DNA of 32,000 nucleotides from an uncultured Methanoregulaceae archaeon. GTDB lineage: Archaea > Halobacteriota > Methanomicrobia > Methanomicrobiales > Methanospirillaceae. Below the pieces are notes generated by a model. It made no database searches. It had not been told where the DNA came from and saw only the letters and a list, made by a program, of their open reading frames with translations. The position numbers were made by a program, and so were the translations under genes. This document shows, in pieces, positions 26,569 through 32,000 of the stretch; position 1 is the first letter of the stretch; each line of letters opens with the position of its first letter. The stretch spans positions 2,160,778 through 2,192,777 of the forward strand of contig OY970061.1 of NCBI GenBank assembly GCA_963705255.1, written 5' to 3'.

Positions 26569-26640
26569 TTTGTACATATTTATACATTATTGTAATTTTT
26601 TGGATATTATTGCATTTTAATTTGCAATATTGTACAATAT
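26569..26640. promoter_or_regulatory. trp operon control region with phased TGTACA (TRP-box-like) sites
   Basis: TGTACA is at 26571-26576 and 26631-26636, with TGTAAT at 26591 and TGCATT at 26611. That is a TG(T/C)A box every 20 bp in an AT-rich region 140-210 bp upstream of the trpE ATG. TGTACA is the published TRP-box consensus bound by TrpY in Methanothermobacter. Confidence 0.5.
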
Positions 26641-26791
26641 TTATATGGAAAACTGCAGGGAGTCCTTCTTTACAGAAGAAGGAATAGTTCAGGTTGCAGC
26701 AATTTCGGGGTTTTTTCGAAAGAAACAAGAATAGCTCAAGCATACTACAGAACTGTCAATATCAGCCGGTCTGGCGTGGGGGGGGGTGTCA

Positions 26792-28537
26792 ATGGACATA
26801 CGTAAAAAGACCGTAGTAATTGTCTGCATCACTCTTCTTTGCCTGATCCTTGCCCTCTATATCTCGTCAGAAGTTATCGTGCTGGGCGGTTTTTCGAGGG
26901 TTGAGACGCAAAATGCCCAAAAAGAGACCAACCGCGTACTTGTCGCACTTGGCAATGACATAAACGCGCTTGATGCGGTGACATATGACTGGGCTTCGAG
27001 AGGGGATACAATCGCGTTTGTGACGGCCAACATTTCGGGGACTGAATGGTCACGGCTCGACACTGATACATTCGAACGGCTCGGGTTCAATGAGATCCTG
27101 CTGTATAATGCCAGCGGCAGTCTCGTATCGGGACAGGGGTACGATCTCAACCGCCATACCTTGGTTCCCGTCCCGCCAGACTTACATTCACCGCCATCAG
27201 TGTATCCCCACCTGAAGTTCCAGAACGGGTCAAGTACCGGCATCATGGGGATTGCAGATTCTCCCGATGGCCCGATGATGATTGCGATCCGCCCGGTCTT
27301 TGCCGGCCGCGAAAACCAGCACGTGGCCGGATACGTCCTCATGGGTCGCTATATTGATACTACGGAGATCTCCCGTCTCTCCTCGCTGGCCCAGCTGCCG
27401 CTTGAAATGCACGGGTATAGTGATAGAGATCTCCCTCAGGATTTCATCACCATACTACCGATGTTTCCGGCATCCTCTATACCGTTCATCCAGCGGGTGG
27501 GAAAAGATGCCCTTACTATAGATGCGCCGATCATCGTTGAACCTATAAACAGCACTCAGCTCGGCGGATATTCACTCATACGCGATATATCAGGTAAACC
27601 GGTACTTATCATCAAAGTCGGTATCGACCGGGGGATCTATGATCAGGGAAAATCTACCACGTTGTATTTTGTGGTCCTGCTCATCATTGCGGGCCTTGTC
27701 TTTGGTCTTACCACGCTCCTTCTGCTGGAAAAAACCGTGTTGTCGAGGCTCGAGCGACTGAGCCAGGGAGTGAACGAAATTGGCAGAAAACGCGATTTCT
27801 CCGCCCGGGTGCACATAGCCGGTGAGGACGAGATCGGGGGGCTCGCGGGCCGGGTCAACGGGATGCTCGAAGATCTCGAACAGTCCCAGAACGTACTGCA
27901 CGATAAGCTTATCCAGAGCGAGGAAAATTATCGTCTTTTTTTTAATAGTGTCACCGACCCGATCTGTGTGTGCCGCATGAACCCAGACAACAGCCTTGGC
28001 AGGATTGTCGAAGTGAACGATGCCGCATGTGAAGTGCTGGGATACCAGCGTGCCGAGTTTCTGGAAATGCATCTTTCCGATCTGCTCCCTGGCGAAAAAT
28101 CCGGTGGTGTAGATCTCCCGACCAAGATCCTGCAGTCGTTCGGGCATGTCATCTACGCAGGAGCTGTATCCACAAAAACCGGAAAACGTATACCCGTTGA
28201 GGTCAATGCCCGGACATTTGACCAGTTCGGGCACCCTGCCATAGCGGTTATTGTCCGTGACATCAGCGAACGGGAAGAGATAGAGCATCTGAAGAAAGAA
28301 GCATTCCAGCAGATCGAGAAGAACCTGCAGGATTTTGCCGTCCTGAACGACCATATCCGCAACCCTCTCCAGGGCATCGTTGGCATCGCGGACATGATGG
28401 ATGGTGCACCTGCACAAAAGATCATCACCTATGCCACGATGATCGATGAGATCGTAAACAGGATTGATCGCGGATATATTGAATCAGAAAAGATTCATGA
28501 ATTTCTCAGAAAATACTACGGGATCGGGAAAAAATAA
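26792..28537 (+). CDS. membrane sensor: periplasmic CHASE4-like domain, TM, HAMP, PAS and an H-box/DHp-like C-terminus without an ATPase domain
   Basis: ORF 26786..28537 (GTG); ATG 26792 is more likely. DAVTYDWASRGDTIAFV resembles the CHASE4 Y.WA.WDD.Y.F motif. The second TM is followed by HAMP (LSRLERLSQGVNEIG..DEIGGLAGRVNGMLEDL), then PAS (EENYRLFFNSVTDPI..VEVNDAACEVLGY..), then NDHIRNPLQGIVGIADMM (H-box-like). The protein ends about 55 aa later. Confidence 0.7.
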   Translation: MDIRKKTVVIVCITLLCLILALYISSEVIVLGGFSRVETQNAQKETNRVLVALGNDINALDAVTYDWASRGDTIAFVTANISGTEWSRLDTDTFERLGFNEILLYNASGSLVSGQGYDLNRHTLVPVPPDLHSPPSVYPHLKFQNGSSTGIMGIADSPDGPMMIAIRPVFAGRENQHVAGYVLMGRYIDTTEISRLSSLAQLPLEMHGYSDRDLPQDFITILPMFPASSIPFIQRVGKDALTIDAPIIVEPINSTQLGGYSLIRDISGKPVLIIKVGIDRGIYDQGKSTTLYFVVLLIIAGLVFGLTTLLLLEKTVLSRLERLSQGVNEIGRKRDFSARVHIAGEDEIGGLAGRVNGMLEDLEQSQNVLHDKLIQSEENYRLFFNSVTDPICVCRMNPDNSLGRIVEVNDAACEVLGYQRAEFLEMHLSDLLPGEKSGGVDLPTKILQSFGHVIYAGAVSTKTGKRIPVEVNARTFDQFGHPAIAVIVRDISEREEIEHLKKEAFQQIEKNLQDFAVLNDHIRNPLQGIVGIADMMDGAPAQKIITYATMIDEIVNRIDRGYIESEKIHEFLRKYYGIGKK

Positions 28538-28556
28538 TGCCTTCCCAATGCGATGG

Positions 28557-28928
28557 CTACTCCGTGCGAATGCCCCTTCCTTTCAATTCATCAGCCTTTT
28601 TCTGCGAGCACTTCTCGCACCGGAACTCCGGCTCAGGATCATGCGTCCTGTCGTAATCTCCCGATCTGACCAGCCGGTACCCCCGGGCAACCTTTCCGCA
28701 GTCAACACAGGTAATATTGTCCCTGACTTCCCAGTGTGTCAGCAGTGACTGCGATGTGAAGATGAACTGGTCCACCCAGAAAAAGATGAGGTCGCCGATC
28801 AGGTTTGCTACGATTGCGGCGACGAGCTGCCCCATGGATGCAAGAAGGATCCCAACCCCTGCCAGGATGGGAGTGCTTGCCTGCCACCTGAGCAGGTAGA
28901 GCCCATAGCGTTTATAATTGACCTGCAT
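28557..28928 (-). CDS. hypothetical membrane protein with C-terminal zinc ribbon
   Basis: ORF track entry of 123 aa with 2-3 TM helices, then CVDCGKV...CEKC. Confidence 0.55.
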   Translation of the reverse strand: MQVNYKRYGLYLLRWQASTPILAGVGILLASMGQLVAAIVANLIGDLIFFWVDQFIFTSQSLLTHWEVRDNITCVDCGKVARGYRLVRSGDYDRTHDPEPEFRCEKCSQKKADELKGRGIRTE

Positions 28929-29055
28929 ACCAGTTGATCATGCAATCATCATAATACATGTTGTGCTGAAGTGCCCCGGTTCATGCCAAAAGACCGATGC
29001 TCAATACTATTATAGACGTCCTGATAAAACCTATACTGCATTTCCGGGAGACCGT

Positions 29056-29658
29056 ATGTGGCGATATCGTAAACAACCGCTTGGCTGGGTGTTCGTGTCA
29101 CGGATGATGGGGATCATCAGTTTTTTAATTGCGGTAGTCCTTGCAAACATCCTTACATACTATGTGTCGAACAAGGTGTTCCTTTCCGGTGTTCTGTTTC
29201 TCAATGAGAACTTCTGGCTCCTCATCCTCATCGGCATCATCTTTTTTGTCAGCGATATATTCGGGGCATTTCCCTTTCCTCTCAATCTGCCGTTTCCGAT
29301 TATCAGGGCTATCGGGAGTGTCTTCTGTATCGCCTTTTTCCTGAAATTGTTCCAGTGGGTTGACGCGGTTGCGTCAACAACGCTTTACCCGATGTTCTGG
29401 TATATCTCATTCATCATTATCCCGCTGGTGTTTCTCATCGTACTGGCAGGTGGCTATTATGAGATCATGCGGCAGCTCTGGTTGCAGTCTGGGACCGGTA
29501 GAAGCACCGATGCTCAGGTTGTGCATGAAAACCGTGAAGTCGCTCCTCCAGACCAGCCGGTATCAGATGCGAAGTCATGGGAAGATATCGGGGTGGAGTT
29601 TCGCATGATGCTCTACGATCTCCTCCACCGGTTCCGCCAGGAAATAAAGAGAAAATAA
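29056..29658 (+). CDS. hypothetical polytopic membrane protein
   Basis: Internal ATG of ORF 28918..29658 (MWRYRKQPLGWVFVSRMMGIISFLIAVV..). It has about 5 TM helices and a charged C-terminal tail. Confidence 0.55.
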   Translation: MWRYRKQPLGWVFVSRMMGIISFLIAVVLANILTYYVSNKVFLSGVLFLNENFWLLILIGIIFFVSDIFGAFPFPLNLPFPIIRAIGSVFCIAFFLKLFQWVDAVASTTLYPMFWYISFIIIPLVFLIVLAGGYYEIMRQLWLQSGTGRSTDAQVVHENREVAPPDQPVSDAKSWEDIGVEFRMMLYDLLHRFRQEIKRK

Positions 29659-29726
29659 TGGCTCTGGAGAAATCCTATTTTATCGTGTGATTCGCTTATA
29701 TTCTTAAACGGTTACGAAGGTGACCC

Positions 29727-30137
29727 CCCCTCTCTCGAGTCGAAGAACTCTGACGAGTTCGATCGAAGACCTGCGGTCTTCTCCTGTCTCAAGTCTGATG
29801 ACTTTCGACATTCTCCAGCCTGCTTTTCCCTTCGGGAAGAGCAGTCTCCCCGGAGGGGGAGGCAACGCAAGGAGAGCACCCCCTTGAATCTCTGAGAGGT
29901 CTTCAGACCTCGAAGAAGAGAAGATTTACGAAGTAAATCTTCGACTCCCTATTTCTCGGCAGGATTTTCACTAACCTTATGAGGGACTATGTCTATATGG
30001 GGGTCGCCCAAGTAGCGGGGACAGCCAATGGCTGTGGAGAAAATTTTCATGGGAAAATCTTGGACTTCGGAGAGTCGAAGAACCCGTTGGTTCTTCTCCA
30101 GCCTGTTCTGACCTTCGGGAAGAGCAGTCTCCGGGAA
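29727..30137 (+). repeat. hairpin-rich noncoding block B with several copies or variants of the AGTCGAAG..CTTCTCC element
   Basis: Hairpins seen: gagtcgaagaactc-tgac-gagttc (29737-29760), gaagacc-tgc-ggtcttc (29765-29781), ctgcttttccc-ttc-gggaagagcag (29820-29844), gaggtc-ttca-gacctc (29895-29910), aagatttac-gaa-gtaaatctt (29921-29941). A long-range pair joins gagtcgaag (29737-29745) with cttcgactc (29939-29947). A second unit lies at 30072-30133 (agtcgaagaacc-cgtt-ggttcttctccagcctg...ccttcgggaagagcagtctcc). A TATA-like gcttatattc lies at 29693-29702. Confidence 0.6.
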
Positions 30138-30138
30138 A

Positions 30139-30444
30139 TTACCAGTCGGGGTTTTCTTCACGGAACTTTCTCTCTCTCGTTTCAAGCTCTTCAGCACTCA
30201 GGGAGGCAGGCATGCAGATGCACCGGTGTTCAATAAACACCCCTGCCTTGAAAACGCCCTGTTGTTCACCGGCCTGGCATGCTCCATAGGTTTCAGCATC
30301 CCAGTTGTGGTAGACCTGCGGAAGACCTTCGCTGGCAGCACATTCCCTTGCCTCTTTCCATGACCCTGCCATGTCTGCATATTTGCAGAGCGCCACCATG
30401 ATGTTTTCGATGAGGGTACCTGGATATATGAAAACCACAGGCAA
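30139..30444 (-). CDS. hypothetical small Cys-containing protein (101 aa)
   Basis: ORF track entry, in the same orientation as and downstream of the CxxC-x17-CxxC and radical SAM genes. No family recognised. Confidence 0.45.
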   Translation of the reverse strand: MPVVFIYPGTLIENIMVALCKYADMAGSWKEARECAASEGLPQVYHNWDAETYGACQAGEQQGVFKAGVFIEHRCICMPASLSAEELETRERKFREENPDW

Positions 30445-30471
30445 ATCTCTAAAAAAAGAAAAATGATGAAA

Positions 30472-30639
30472 TTAGAACCGGGGTTTCCGGTGCTTGGGCA
30501 GGCAGTCCCTGCAGTAGACCGGCCGTCCTTCAGTTGGCTTGAAGGGGACTTCGCACTCTTTGCCACAGTCTGAACAGACTGTCTTTGTCATTTCTCTGGG
30601 ACCGAAATTTCTCGGGCCACCAAAACTCTTTCTTTCCAT
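30472..30639 (-). CDS. CxxC-x17-CxxC zinc-ribbon domain protein (55 aa)
   Basis: Internal ATG (MERKSFGGPRNFGPRE..). CSDC-GKECEVPFKPTEGRPVY-CRDC has exactly 17 residues between the two CxxC pairs, with the VPF.P...RPVYC core of that domain family. Confidence 0.7.
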   Translation of the reverse strand: MERKSFGGPRNFGPREMTKTVCSDCGKECEVPFKPTEGRPVYCRDCLPKHRKPRF

Positions 30640-30745
30640 TGTATTACTCATGCAGTTGTGATCTGCGTATATACATCTGACCATTCAGTATAAATACATC
30701 TGCATTATCTCATCTTTTTTTATTCAAACAGTTATATAACGTCTT

Positions 30746-31870
30746 TTACGGTATGATCTCGCATCCGTTGAATTTCTCATGCTCGAAATCCTTCAGGGTG
30801 ATAATATCCCTGCTGATGAGTGCTTGAACCCGCGGGAGTTCTGCCTGGAGCGAATCGTGAAGGTTATCGACGGCAGCACAGACCAACCGCCTCTCAGCCT
30901 CCCCCCATGGCCGGGTGATATTGGAGTACAGGCACCTGCCGCCGCAGAAGTCGCGGATTCTGCAGTCCGTGCACTCCCCGCTGACGAGAATGCGGGCAAG
31001 CTCCAGCGGATGCGAACAGGAGATATGCCCGACATAATACTGGGACATCCCGATCATGACCGGGCATGGGCCGATGCTTCCATCGGTCATGATACTGTAG
31101 TTGGCATACCCGGACCCGCACCTGAGCAGGCTGGTCTTTCCAAGAAGCAGGTCTTCCAGGGGATCCAGGAACGGGTACCAACGCAGAACTTCACCTGAGT
31201 TCTCCATATGATCTACCCAGGAACAGACCAGCGTACGTATCCCGGGATTATAGCTCCCGTCCGCCCACTCTTGAAACTGGCGCAGGGAAAAATCCCCGGC
31301 AAAATTGGCATCGATCTGCCAGTGGATGGAAGAGAACGAATAATCGGGGTTGGATGCAAGATACCGGACCGCATCCACGATATCGGTCGTTTCCGTGACG
31401 GTCATCCGGGCAATCAGTTCACCTGCATAGCCGTTCGCACGGATCTTCCGGATATTCCTCATGACCCGGTCATACACGCCCATTCCTCGGTTCGCATCGG
31501 TGAGCTCTTTTCTCCCGTCAAGGGAGACGAGAATTGTGGTGAACCTGTTCAGTATTTCCGCTGGGAGCCGGTCCAGCAGAAGACCGTTGGTCTGCACCAT
31601 GAACCGCTGCACGGGGGACTCCCGCACAATCCGTTCGATAAGGTCAGCCCGTAACAGGGGTTCACCCCCATAGAACGTAAGCGTCGCCGCAGGATCTTTT
31701 TTTAAGAATTCATAAAGATGATTCAGGTCGAACTCCAGTTCCAGGGGAAGACCCTCGTCGATGGTCAGGTCACGCCCGCCCCCGCTCTCCTCCAGATCCT
31801 CAAAGGCCTTGGCCCGGCAGTACCTGCAGCAGAGGTTGCAGTGATCCGTGAGGATGAGATGGAAGTACAT
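30746..31870 (-). CDS. radical SAM enzyme with C-terminal SPASM/twitch-like Cys cluster (peptide-maturase-like)
   Basis: ORF track entry of 374 aa: CNLCCRYC (CX3CX2C) near the N-terminus, FYGGEPLL, and C-terminal CGSGYANYSIMTDGSIGPCP plus CTDCRIRDFCGGRC. Confidence 0.8.
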   Translation of the reverse strand: MYFHLILTDHCNLCCRYCRAKAFEDLEESGGGRDLTIDEGLPLELEFDLNHLYEFLKKDPAATLTFYGGEPLLRADLIERIVRESPVQRFMVQTNGLLLDRLPAEILNRFTTILVSLDGRKELTDANRGMGVYDRVMRNIRKIRANGYAGELIARMTVTETTDIVDAVRYLASNPDYSFSSIHWQIDANFAGDFSLRQFQEWADGSYNPGIRTLVCSWVDHMENSGEVLRWYPFLDPLEDLLLGKTSLLRCGSGYANYSIMTDGSIGPCPVMIGMSQYYVGHISCSHPLELARILVSGECTDCRIRDFCGGRCLYSNITRPWGEAERRLVCAAVDNLHDSLQAELPRVQALISRDIITLKDFEHEKFNGCEIIP

Positions 31871-32000
31871 GAAAATGCGTGTACTACTGGCGCCTGCCAG
31901 ACGATAAATGGGGCACTTGCAGGGGGATGAATCGTGCTCCTCTCATTAATAAGTATGGCCCTCATGATTTATGAGGATCCCCGGATGGCGCCATCTGATC

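Noticed and set aside
29796-29801. C/D-box sRNA candidates (TGATGA at 29796-29801 and at 5655-5660).
   Set aside because: No correctly spaced D box (CTGA) with terminal pairing lies 50-70 nt downstream. Single hexamer hits are expected by chance.
29949-30236. ORFs 29949..30197(-) and 29979..30236(+).
   Set aside because: They are mutually antisense, lie in the repeat block, and their sequences are translations of the palindromic elements (for example NRLEKNQRVLRL). No start context or motifs.

Overview
The window looks like a GC-rich (roughly 55-60% by eye) chromosome segment from a methanogen-like euryarchaeon. Evidence for that placement: RibL-type FAD synthetase, the archaeal DHPS-related protein, a complete trpEGDCFBA operon preceded by TGTACA boxes, and archaeal-style TATA and T-tract signals.

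Layout, left to right:
- 1-1657 (-): 2-oxoacid:ferredoxin oxidoreductase, beta then alpha subunit.
- ~1.7-5.3 kb: AT-rich (~30% GC by eye) orphan island. It holds a small HTH protein, an AT-hook protein, Zn-ribbon/membrane proteins and decayed genes, and it ends at a 24-nt tRNA 3' fragment.
- ~5.3-6.1 kb: about 0.8 kb of ORF-free, hairpin-rich DNA.
- 6106-6984: a stand-alone CARF-like plus wHTH regulator.
- KhtT/KhtU-like K+/H+ antiporter pair.
- DUF2284-like protein, RibL, JAMM protease, an acetolactate decarboxylase remnant and a parvulin.
- DHPS-related protein, PHP phosphoesterase, TruA and malic enzyme.
- 16474-18699 (-): a tightly coupled operon of Cys-rich AbrB/SpoVT-like protein, hgcA, hgcB and arsC (mercury methylation pair).
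- YkgJ-like protein and a duplicated DUF333 lipoprotein.
- 20015-26431 (-): the trp operon.
- CHASE4-like/HAMP/PAS sensor lacking an ATPase domain, then membrane proteins.
- A second hairpin-repeat block.
- Radical SAM/SPASM protein, CxxC-x17-CxxC protein and a small Cys protein.

Main second-look items:
1. The extended hgc operon, with shared Cys motifs in the regulator and the HgcA N-terminus.
2. A palindromic repeat family (AGTCGAAGAA..TTCTTCTCC) found in two intergenic blocks and also inside the hgcB 5' extension.
3. The AT-rich island next to the orphan CARF regulator.
4. Single-base frameshifts in at least 7 conserved genes, mostly in G/C homopolymers. These are more likely assembly indels than real decay.

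I saw no rRNA, intact tRNA, CRISPR array, transposase or integrase.
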